Made by a program: the position numbers and the translations under genes. This document shows, piece after piece, positions 37,727 through 45,734 of a DNA stretch of 64,000 nucleotides. The notes below the pieces were generated by a model. That model worked only from the letters and a program-made list of their open reading frames with translations, did not search any database and was not told where the DNA came from. Source of the stretch: Gammaproteobacteria bacterium (lineage in GTDB: Bacteria; Actinomycetota; Acidimicrobiia; Spongiisociales; UBA4744). The stretch is taken from NCBI GenBank assembly GCA_011682695.1, contig JAACED010000012.1, forward strand, positions 43,518-107,517. The letters run 5' to 3'. How positions within the stretch are numbered: position 1 is the first letter of the stretch; the number at the start of each line of letters is the position of its first letter.

Positions 37727-38173
37727 ATGATGCACTGTCCCAGTTGTCATGCCGAGATTCCCAACGATGCGGCCCGGTGTCCGGTCTGTGGGATCTCTAT
37801 CGAGCACGAGCCGACGATCACCTTCGTGCCCGAGATGGCCGCGCCCATCCCGGAAGCAGAGAAAGCGACTCTTTCCGGAGATCACATCCTCCTCGTCAAG
37901 CGCGGTCCCAGAGCAGGCATGGGATGGGTGCTCCAGGAGGGGACGACCACCGTCGGCCGCCATCCGGATTCGGACATCTTCCTCGATGACATCACGGTTT
38001 CTCGCCATCACTGTCGACTGATTCTCGACCGCTCCGACCTCACCGTCGAAGACTCGGGCTCGACCAATGGCACCTATGTCAACGGAGAGCGGGTCGACAG
38101 AGCAACGCTCAAGACGGGGGATGAGGTCATCGTCGGGAAGTTTCATCTCGTAGTGGCCAAAGGCAATGAGTGA
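37727..38173 (+). CDS. garA: FHA-domain protein with N-terminal zinc ribbon (GarA/OdhI-like)
   Basis: CPSCHAEIPNDAARCPVCG ribbon. FHA core GRHPDSDIFLDDITVSRHHCRL...GSTNGTYVNGERV is very similar to GarA/OdhI. Coordinates taken from the track. Confidence 0.8.
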   Translation: MMHCPSCHAEIPNDAARCPVCGISIEHEPTITFVPEMAAPIPEAEKATLSGDHILLVKRGPRAGMGWVLQEGTTTVGRHPDSDIFLDDITVSRHHCRLILDRSDLTVEDSGSTNGTYVNGERVDRATLKTGDEVIVGKFHLVVAKGNE

Positions 38174-38852
38174 AGGGGCCTCGATCGGTGAGGTGATCAC
38201 CCTTCTCAAGGATGAGTTTCCGGACCTCACCGTCTCGAAGGTACGGTTTCTCGAAGGCCGAGGCCTGATCAATCCGAGACGCAGCGCCTCGGGCTACCGG
38301 TCCTTCTCCGACGAAGACGTGGCGCGTCTTCGCTACATCCTCCAGCAGCAGAGAGATCACTTCCTTCCTCTGAAAGTGATCAAGTCGAAGTTGACTATGT
38401 GGGAACGGGGCGAAGAGATGCCGGTTCCCGCGCCGGCCGGTCCACCGCCGGAGCAGCTCTTCCAATCTGCCAGCCAAGAAGTCGATCGCGATGAGCTTCG
38501 GCGAGTGACCGGACTGTCATCGCGCCAACTGGGTGACCTGATCGACCACCGGGTCGTGCGGCCGGAGGAAGGCAAGCCCGAGCGTTACTCGGCGGAAGAG
38601 GTAGCCATCGCCACCCAGGCCCAGAGGTTGCTCGCCTACGGTCTCGAGGCTCGTCACTTGCGCTCCGTGCGCATCTCCAGCGAGCGTGATGCCGAGCTGT
38701 TGGAGGCCCTCACGGCTGCACTACTGCGCGCCAAGAGCCCGGAGGCGAGACAGCGAGCCGCCGAAATGCTCGCGGGATGCGCAGATGCGATCGCGAGAAT
38801 CCGAAGCGCTGCTCTCTCAGAGGAACTTCGCGCCCTCATGGCAGCGGACTAA
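38166..38852 (+). CDS. MerR-family transcriptional regulator (Rv1828-like)
   Basis: N-terminal MerR HTH (IGEVITLLKDEFPDLTVSKVRFLEGRGLINP), long helical C-terminus. Overlaps the garA-like stop by 8 nt. Confidence 0.7.
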   Translation: MSEGASIGEVITLLKDEFPDLTVSKVRFLEGRGLINPRRSASGYRSFSDEDVARLRYILQQQRDHFLPLKVIKSKLTMWERGEEMPVPAPAGPPPEQLFQSASQEVDRDELRRVTGLSSRQLGDLIDHRVVRPEEGKPERYSAEEVAIATQAQRLLAYGLEARHLRSVRISSERDAELLEALTAALLRAKSPEARQRAAEMLAGCADAIARIRSAALSEELRALMAAD

Positions 38853-38978
38853 GGGCCCGAGTCACAGATCATGCACCGAACAAGCTCCCATGTTCCTGGT
38901 TCTACACGCCGGCGAGCGGCTGCTCGGGCGTCGGTCGTCGACACCGCGCGGGCGCCCGCGCCGGCTCCGCGATTCTCG

Positions 38979-40115
38979 ATGCGTCTCATCACACTCGTTC
39001 TCCTGTCCATCGCCCTCGTCGTCGCCTCCGTCCCACCGGCGGTCGCAGCCGTCCAAGATGTGCCACCTCTGCCGATCTATGGCGCCTTTGCGGGGGCTCC
39101 TCCAGACGTGACCGCCGAGGCGTGGATCCTCTATGACGACACGTTCGATCGTGTCCTTGCAGAACACAACGCAGACGAGCGGCGTGCGATGGCATCGACG
39201 ACAAAAATCATGACCGCGCTCGTGGCTCTCGATCAGGGCAACCTCGATGACCCGATCCGGATCAGTGCTCGCGCCGCCGGGGTCGGAGAGGCAGAGGCCG
39301 ATCTCGTCGAAGGGGAGGTGTGGACGCTCAGAGACCTCCTCACCGCGCTGCTGGTTCGATCGGCGAACGATGCCGCCATAGCAGTAGCCGAGGGTGTCGG
39401 CGGCAGCGTCGAAGACTTCGTTGTTCTGATGAACGACAAGGCTCATGATCTGGGACTCGAGAACACTCAGTTCGTAAATCCGCACGGGCTCGATGTGCCC
39501 GGGCATTTCACCAGTGCTCGTGACCTCCTGACGATGACGAGAGCTGCCATGAAGAATCCTCTCTTCGCAACCTTGGTCCATACACAGACGGCGCGACTTC
39601 CGGATGCACCCGACGGAACGCAGCGAATCGTTCACAACACCAATCAACTCCTGGACATCTACCCAGGCGCCATCGGCGTCAAGACCGGCTACACGGGCAA
39701 TGCAGGACACGTCCTCGTCGCGGGTGCGGAGAACTCGGGTCGGCGGCTCTACGCGGTCGTCATGGGATCTACGGACAGCTTCGGAGACGCAACGGCGCTC
39801 CTCGATTACGGGCTCGCCGAATTCGGGGTGATCGAGGTGATCATGGAGGGAGTCACGTATGCCCAGCGGCGATCCTCCACCGAGTTGCAGGATATGACCG
39901 CCGACTCCACCGTCAAGGCCTTCGCCGCCAAGGAGGAGGCAATCACCCTCCGAACGGGCTTCGAAGGAGCGATCCCCGTGGTCACCGCCACCATTGACGA
40001 CGAAACCGCCGGGAAGACAGCGCTCGTCGGCGCCGACCTTCAGCGTCTCCCAACGCTGAAGGATGCACTTGCATGGGCAGGACGCTACTGGTCGTGGTTG
40101 TGGGGCGATGGCTGA
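38979..40115 (+). CDS. D-alanyl-D-alanine carboxypeptidase (S11 peptidase, low-molecular-weight PBP)
   Basis: SxxK (ASTTKIMTA), SxN (SANDAA), KTG (KTGYT). Signal peptide MRLITLVLLSIALVVASVPPAVAA. Start set to the internal ATG (codon 37 of the track ORF). Confidence 0.8.
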   Translation: MRLITLVLLSIALVVASVPPAVAAVQDVPPLPIYGAFAGAPPDVTAEAWILYDDTFDRVLAEHNADERRAMASTTKIMTALVALDQGNLDDPIRISARAAGVGEAEADLVEGEVWTLRDLLTALLVRSANDAAIAVAEGVGGSVEDFVVLMNDKAHDLGLENTQFVNPHGLDVPGHFTSARDLLTMTRAAMKNPLFATLVHTQTARLPDAPDGTQRIVHNTNQLLDIYPGAIGVKTGYTGNAGHVLVAGAENSGRRLYAVVMGSTDSFGDATALLDYGLAEFGVIEVIMEGVTYAQRRSSTELQDMTADSTVKAFAAKEEAITLRTGFEGAIPVVTATIDDETAGKTALVGADLQRLPTLKDALAWAGRYWSWLWGDG

Positions 40116-40671
40116 GACGGTCGTCGAGGTCATCAATGAGCAGGAGCTCGGGGAACGCATCGGAGTGCTCGGTGAACTCATCAGTGCCGATTACGCACAC
40201 ACCGTACCTGTCCTGGTCGGCGTTCTCGCAGGGTCGCTTCCTTTTCTCAGCGACTTGTCACGCGTGATCACCGGGGACTGTGAGATCGACTTTCTCTTGC
40301 TGAACCGCTTTGGCGAAGGAGGCCGAGCTCGCGTTGCAATGGACACGGAGATTTCGCTCGAACACCGCGACGTGCTCATCGTCGAAGACATCGTGGACAC
40401 CGGGCTTTCCCTCACATTTCTACGACGGTTGCTCTCCACGAGAGACGTGGCGAGCTTGCGCACCGTTGCGTTGTTGGACAAGGCACCCCGCCGGATCGTC
40501 GATGTCCCCGTCGAGTATCGAGGGTTCGAGGTGGGAGACGAGTTCCTGCTCGGCTACGGCCTCGACTGGGAGGGACACTATCGCAATCTCCGCTCGATCT
40601 GGGCCGTACTGGACCTCGCGAGGTTTCAGGAAGAGCCGGGCCTGCTCGCGAAATACGCGTTTGGCCGGTGA
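40108..40671 (+). CDS. hpt: Hypoxanthine phosphoribosyltransferase
   Basis: PRPP-binding motif VLIVEDIVDTGLSL; start MAETVVEVINEQ... overlaps the dacB-like stop by 8 nt. Confidence 0.85.
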   Translation: MAETVVEVINEQELGERIGVLGELISADYAHTVPVLVGVLAGSLPFLSDLSRVITGDCEIDFLLLNRFGEGGRARVAMDTEISLEHRDVLIVEDIVDTGLSLTFLRRLLSTRDVASLRTVALLDKAPRRIVDVPVEYRGFEVGDEFLLGYGLDWEGHYRNLRSIWAVLDLARFQEEPGLLAKYAFGR

Positions 40672-40683
40672 TAGGCTTGGGCT

Positions 40684-41190
40684 GTGAATGACGCTATCCC
40701 AGTGGAACTGATCGGAGTACGTCTCCAACTGCCGACCAACCAGCCGGTCGTGCTTCTGCGCGAGACCGCCGGCACCCGATTCTTGCCGATATGGATCGGG
40801 GCCGTCGAAGCGACAGCCATTGCTTACGCCGTAGAGGGCCTGGTCCCTCAGCGTCCACTGACACACGACCTCTTGAAGTTGGTCGCGGAGGCTCTTGGTG
40901 GAACGGTCGTAAGGATCGTGATCACCGAATTGCGTGATGCCGTGTTCTACGCCGACCTCGTCTTCGATCGAGACGGCGAAGAGGTGCACATCTCGGCTCG
41001 GCCTTCCGACGCCATCGCTCTGGCGGCGAGAACCAGCGCGCCGATCTTCGCTTCTGCAGAAGTCATCGACGATGCCGGGATCGAGATTCGCGACGAGGAC
41101 GAGGAGTCCGAGATCGAGAAATTCCGGGAGTTTCTCGACGAAGTGACCCCTGAGGATTTTGTCCCGCACGAAGGGCCTCCCGGGGAATGA
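40684..41190 (+). CDS. Bifunctional nuclease family protein (BFN/DUF151, Rv1829-like)
   Basis: GVRLQLPTNQPVVLLRE...LPIWIGAVEATAIA...; acidic C-terminus. GTG start. Confidence 0.75.
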   Translation: MNDAIPVELIGVRLQLPTNQPVVLLRETAGTRFLPIWIGAVEATAIAYAVEGLVPQRPLTHDLLKLVAEALGGTVVRIVITELRDAVFYADLVFDRDGEEVHISARPSDAIALAARTSAPIFASAEVIDDAGIEIRDEDEESEIEKFREFLDEVTPEDFVPHEGPPGE

Positions 41191-42182
41191 CGAGTACCGC
41201 CAGGATCCGCATCGGGGCAGCGATCCTCATTGCGGTGGTCGTGCTGGGAACCCTCGGATTCATCATCCTGGAACATGCAGGTTTCCTCGAAGCCCTCTAC
41301 ATGGTCGTGATCACGATCTCAACCGTGGGATTCAGGGAAGTGGTACCGCTCTCGGTGACAGGACGTGTCCTCACCATGGCATTGATCATCGTGGGCGTCG
41401 GGACGTTGTTCTTCACCGCGGCTGCCGCCCTGGAAATGGCAGTCGAGAACATCTCGGAACGGAGGCGAGCACAGATGGAGTACAAAACCAGGCGTCTGAC
41501 GGATCACACGATCATTTGCGGCTGGGGGCGGGTCGGCAGGGGAGTATGGGAGATCCTCCAGGAGCGCAAGCTCCCATGCGTGGTCATCGAGCGGGACCGA
41601 TCGGTGGCCGATCGTGCCCGAGAGGCGGGCGCCCTGGTCGTTGAGGGTAACGCCACCTACGACGAGACTCTGGAACTCGCCGGCATCCAGAAGGCCAAGG
41701 CCCTCGTCGCCGCCGTGAATTCCGATTCCGACAACCTGGTCATCGTCCTATCGTCCAAAGCTCTCCAATCCGGTCTGATGGTGGTTGCCCGGGCCTCGGA
41801 CATGGAAGCCGAGCACAAGTTGCTCCTTGCCGGAGCCGACCGGGCGGTCTCCCCCCAGAGCGTCGGGGCCCGGAGGTTGGCTTCCCTCGTGATCCAGCCC
41901 GAACTGGCGGACTTCATCGATCTCGTCGCGCGCAAAGGGCCCGTTGAGTATCGCGTCCAACGCGTCCCGATTCACGAGGGATCAAGAGTTGTCGGCAAGA
42001 GCCTCAAGGATGCCGCTATTCGCGAACGGTCCGGCGCGATGGTTCTGGCGGTGGAGCGTGCCGTAACCGGCGAACTCCATTTCAATCCCGACCCCGATCT
42101 CGTCCTCGCAGCCGGAGACGTCCTCATCGGTGTCGGCGTTCCCGGTCAGCTCGAACGTCTCGTAGATGCGTGTGGAAGGTAG
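41187..42182 (+). CDS. Two-TM pore-loop cation channel with tandem RCK (TrkA-N/TrkA-C) domains (MthK-like K+ channel family)
   Basis: TM1, pore helix, filter-like TISTVGFRE, TM2, then Rossmann ICGWGRVGRGV (TrkA-N) and a TrkA-C domain. ATGA overlap with the BFN gene. Confidence 0.75.
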   Translation: MTSTARIRIGAAILIAVVVLGTLGFIILEHAGFLEALYMVVITISTVGFREVVPLSVTGRVLTMALIIVGVGTLFFTAAAALEMAVENISERRRAQMEYKTRRLTDHTIICGWGRVGRGVWEILQERKLPCVVIERDRSVADRAREAGALVVEGNATYDETLELAGIQKAKALVAAVNSDSDNLVIVLSSKALQSGLMVVARASDMEAEHKLLLAGADRAVSPQSVGARRLASLVIQPELADFIDLVARKGPVEYRVQRVPIHEGSRVVGKSLKDAAIRERSGAMVLAVERAVTGELHFNPDPDLVLAAGDVLIGVGVPGQLERLVDACGR

Positions 42183-42293
42183 GGCACCTTCCACTCCGTA
42201 AGGCTCGCATCGCTGCACTACCGCGATATGAAAACGACAACCCAATGCGGAGCACGATGGGGCAAGGTCCAGTCGAGTTATCCACAGAGGTTG

Positions 42294-42323
42294 TTGACAA
42301 GTCGCCTGTCTCGCCGGTAACTT
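42294..42323 (+). promoter_or_regulatory. Candidate sigma-70-type promoter for the MerR-like gene
   Basis: TTGACA-18 nt-TAACTT about 48 nt upstream of the GTG at 42371, in a 190-nt gene-free spacer. Sequence-only prediction. Confidence 0.3.
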
Positions 42324-42370
42324 GAGTATCCGAATTACGAGCGTGTAACCTGCTACCAAGGAGCGAGACC

Positions 42371-42832
42371 GTGGGCGAACAGGGATTCAGAGCACCGCAA
42401 GTATGCCGCCTCGTCGGTATCACGTACCGGCAACTCGACTATTGGGCGCGCACCGGCCTGCTGCAGCCGTCGCTGAAAACCGCTCGAGGCTCCGGATCAC
42501 AACGCCTCTACGCATTCGGCGACGTCGTACAGCTCAAGGTGGTCAAGCGCCTCCTCGACGCAGGCATGAGCCTCAAGAAGATCCGCCAGGCGATCGGGAT
42601 TCTCCGTGTCCAGCTGCAGTCTGCTCGTCCGCTGGTGGACGTCACATTGCTCTCGGATGGACAGACCATCTACGCGGCGCACAGCTCACAGGAAGTCGTC
42701 GACGTGTTCCGGCGCGGCCAGGGTGTGTTCGGCATCGCCGTCGGCCCCGTTCAGAAAGAGCTGGAAGGTGAGATCCATGCTCTGTGGGCCGAGGAAGAGG
42801 AAGCCGCTCAGGCCAAGGAGGTAGGCGTCTGA
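42371..42832 (+). CDS. MerR-family transcriptional regulator (Rv1830-like)
   Basis: HTH VCRLVGITYRQLDYWARTGLLQP; GTG 8 nt after GGAG. Confidence 0.75.
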   Translation: MGEQGFRAPQVCRLVGITYRQLDYWARTGLLQPSLKTARGSGSQRLYAFGDVVQLKVVKRLLDAGMSLKKIRQAIGILRVQLQSARPLVDVTLLSDGQTIYAAHSSQEVVDVFRRGQGVFGIAVGPVQKELEGEIHALWAEEEEAAQAKEVGV

Positions 42833-43269
42833 ACGAAGACGCTACGTTCGAGAATGGGCGCGCCGATCAGGTGACGTTTGCCCACAACAGCGAACGCCAG
42901 TTCGCACGACTGCTCGACTTCTACGGGATCGACTGGGAGTATGAACCGCGCGCCTTTCCTATCTCGTGGGACGAGAACGGCACGGCAACGGGCTTCTTTG
43001 CCCCCGACTTCTACCTGCCGGCAGAAGACGTGTTCATCGAGATCACCACTATGAACCAGCGCCTCGTGACCCGAAAGAACCGGAAAGTCCGACGGCTGAG
43101 GGATTTGTACCCGGACGTGACCTGCAAGATCTTCTACCAGCGGGACTACCTGCACCTCCTCGTGAAGTACGGCCTGGACGAACCCGACCAGCTCGAAGGA
43201 CTCGCAACACCGACACGAATCCCGGGCCCACCGGACGTGAACGTCGTCGAGGACGCTTCCGCCGGTTGA
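42829..43269 (+). CDS. Conserved hypothetical protein (possible CTG-initiated, coupled to the MerR-like gene)
   Basis: Protein-like ORF (…FAHNSERQFARLLDFYGIDWEYEPRAF…). The only canonical upstream start (GTG 42784) lies 49 nt inside the MerR gene, gives a Gly/Arg low-complexity N-terminus and has no SD. A CTG at 42829 lies 7 nt after GGAGG and overlaps the MerR TGA (CTGA). Confidence 0.45.
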   Translation: MNEDATFENGRADQVTFAHNSERQFARLLDFYGIDWEYEPRAFPISWDENGTATGFFAPDFYLPAEDVFIEITTMNQRLVTRKNRKVRRLRDLYPDVTCKIFYQRDYLHLLVKYGLDEPDQLEGLATPTRIPGPPDVNVVEDASAG

Positions 43270-43343
43270 TTCAGCGAGCATGAGGCCCCAGCGGCGATGT
43301 CTAAGCTGAGCAGCACAATGACGAGCCGGAAGGAGCCGCGCTG

Positions 43344-44396
43344 ATGCCACGTTCCCCGCTGCATGCCGAACACGTCCGCCTCGGCGCCAGATTCGTCGAT
43401 TTCGCAAGCTGGGAGATGCCCATTCAGTACGACAGTGTGCTGAGCGAGCACCAGGTCGTTCGAAAAGCGGCCGGCGTGTTCGACGTCTCCCACCTCGGCA
43501 GGTTCCTCGTCGAGGGAAACGGCAGCACGAACCTGCTCCGCAGCCTTCTCTGTAACGACATCATCAACGTCGATCCCGGTGCGGCGCAGTACACGATGTC
43601 TCTCAATGAAGCGGGCGGTGTACTCGACGACATCATCGTGTGGCGCTGGTCCGACGAGCGGTATTGGGTCATCCCCAACGGCGCGAATGATGACGGGATC
43701 CGGGCGAGGTTTCGTGCAGCGGCGCCCTCGAGCGTGACCATCGAGTCGATACGCGAGGACACCGTTCTCGTCGCTCTTCAAGGGCCCGACTCACCCCGCG
43801 TCTTCAAGGAGATCTTCGGCCTCGTCCCCGATCACTTCCGGGTCACCACAGGTGAATTCCGGGGCACGCCGGTACAGATCGCCGGCACCGGCTACACGGG
43901 GGAGCGCGGTGGTGAGATCGCGATCACCCGAGGCGCAGGTGTCGCCATGTTTCACGCATTGCTGAATGCCGGTGCCGCACCATGCGGGCTCGGAGCGCGC
44001 GACACCTTGAGGCTGGAGATGGGCTATCCCCTGTGGGGACAGGACCTCGACGAATCGACCACACCCCTGGAGGCAGGACTGCGCTGGGTCGTCAAGTGGG
44101 ACCACGAATTCGTAGGCAAGGCCGCCCTCCAACGCCAGATGGAGCAGGGCCTGCCCAAACGCCAGGTTGCGTTTGTGATGGACGGTCGGCAGATCGCCCG
44201 ACACGGATATCCGATGCGTGCGGGAGCTTCGTCCGGAACGGTCACCAGTGGCAACTTCAGCCCGGTGCTCGGGCGGGGGATAGGGCTCGGATACTTGAGC
44301 CCGCCCGCGGAGCCAGATGCGACTATCGAAGTCCAGATCCGCGGGAAGTGGGTCTCCGCCCACCGGGCAAAGTTGCCGTTCATCGGGAGGCGATAA
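43344..44396 (+). CDS. gcvT: Glycine cleavage system aminomethyltransferase T
   Basis: Full-length GcvT (…WEMPIQYDSVLSEHQVVRKAAGVFDVSHLGRF…); GGAAGGAG upstream. Confidence 0.9.
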   Translation: MPRSPLHAEHVRLGARFVDFASWEMPIQYDSVLSEHQVVRKAAGVFDVSHLGRFLVEGNGSTNLLRSLLCNDIINVDPGAAQYTMSLNEAGGVLDDIIVWRWSDERYWVIPNGANDDGIRARFRAAAPSSVTIESIREDTVLVALQGPDSPRVFKEIFGLVPDHFRVTTGEFRGTPVQIAGTGYTGERGGEIAITRGAGVAMFHALLNAGAAPCGLGARDTLRLEMGYPLWGQDLDESTTPLEAGLRWVVKWDHEFVGKAALQRQMEQGLPKRQVAFVMDGRQIARHGYPMRAGASSGTVTSGNFSPVLGRGIGLGYLSPPAEPDATIEVQIRGKWVSAHRAKLPFIGRR

Positions 44397-44399
44397 CCC

Positions 44400-45734
44400 A
44401 TGGATTTCACTCCACACACGGAACAGGACATAGCGATGATGCTCGAGTGCCTCGGACTTCGGGACGTCGACGATCTCTTCGCTCATCTGCCGATCAGCGT
44501 GCTCGTCGATCGTTCTCCAAGGGTCGGGGAAGGCGTCTCCGAGGCGGAATTGCAGCACATGTTCGCCGCCTGGGCCCGGTCGAATCGCTCCGACCTCGTC
44601 TGTTTCGCCGGTGGCGGCTACTACGACCACTACGTGTCACCTACGGTGAAGGCACTCACGTCTCGTCCGGAGTTTGTCACCGCCTACACGCCATACCAGG
44701 CGGAAGTGTCCCAAGGCATGCTCCAGATCCTGTACGAATACCAGTCGATGGTGTGCGGTATCACGGAGATGGACATCACGAATGCCTCCATGTACGACGG
44801 TGCGACCGCCGCCGCGGAGGCCGTGAATGCGGCGATCTTGGCGACCCGGCGCTCTGCCGTCTGGGTTTCGTTGGGGGTGAGTCCGCGGATTCGCGAAACG
44901 ATCCGCACCCTGGCGACGGCGAGAGACATCGAGATGGTCGAACATCCGCTTGTCGGTGGGAGAACCGTCTGGGCAACAGATGCCGGACCGGAACCCGCCG
45001 CCGTGCTGTGGGCCCAGCCCAACTACCTTGGCGTGGTTGAGGACTACGACGACGCCGTGGCCACGGCACGACAGCATGGCGCCCTTGCGGTCGTCTCCTA
45101 TGACCCCATGACGCTCGGCGTACTCCGAAGCCCCGGATCCGCTGGGGTCGACATCGCCGTCGGCGAAGGTCAGGCGCTCGGCAGCTCACTGTCCTTCGGA
45201 GGACCCGGCCTCGGACTCTTCTCCATCACGACCAAGCACATGCGGCGCATGCCGGGTCGGATCATCGGACGGACCGTCGATCGTGACGGTGCAACCGCCT
45301 ATGTGATGACATTGCGTGCCAGGGAACAGGATATTCGAAGAGCCAAGGCGTCCTCCAACATCTGTTCGAACGAGGCGCTCAACGCGGTCGCGGCCGCCGT
45401 GCAGCTCGGATGGCTCGGCCCAAATGGCTTGGCCGAGGTCGGAGAGCAATCGGCACAGAAAGCGCACTATCTGGCAGAACGTCTCGAGCAGATCCCCGGT
45501 GTCCAGCGCGCCAACGAGGCACCGTTCGTACGCGAGTTCGCCGTCCTTCTCCCCATGGAACCTGAGATCGTGATCGAGGCGATGATCGATCGCGGCTACC
45601 TGGCGGGAATCGCCCTTTCGAAGGACTATCCGGATCTTCCCGGTGGGTTACTCATCGCCGTCACCGAACGCAGGAGCAGAGAAGAACTCGACGGATACGC
45701 GGACGCCATGAAGGAGGTGCTCGCGAATGGCTGA
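44400..45734 (+). CDS. gcvPA: Glycine dehydrogenase (decarboxylating) subunit 1
   Basis: N-terminal half of P-protein (…FAGGGYYDHYVSP…TAYTPYQAEVSQGMLQ…) ending at about 444 aa. Split-type gcvP. Confidence 0.9.
   Translation: MDFTPHTEQDIAMMLECLGLRDVDDLFAHLPISVLVDRSPRVGEGVSEAELQHMFAAWARSNRSDLVCFAGGGYYDHYVSPTVKALTSRPEFVTAYTPYQAEVSQGMLQILYEYQSMVCGITEMDITNASMYDGATAAAEAVNAAILATRRSAVWVSLGVSPRIRETIRTLATARDIEMVEHPLVGGRTVWATDAGPEPAAVLWAQPNYLGVVEDYDDAVATARQHGALAVVSYDPMTLGVLRSPGSAGVDIAVGEGQALGSSLSFGGPGLGLFSITTKHMRRMPGRIIGRTVDRDGATAYVMTLRAREQDIRRAKASSNICSNEALNAVAAAVQLGWLGPNGLAEVGEQSAQKAHYLAERLEQIPGVQRANEAPFVREFAVLLPMEPEIVIEAMIDRGYLAGIALSKDYPDLPGGLLIAVTERRSREELDGYADAMKEVLANG

Noticed and set aside
37181-43343. 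Glycine riboswitch upstream of gcvH or gcvT
   Set aside because: Spacers are too short (31 and 74 nt) and lack the conserved aptamer cores. Nothing convincing seen by eye. Left as a cmscan check.
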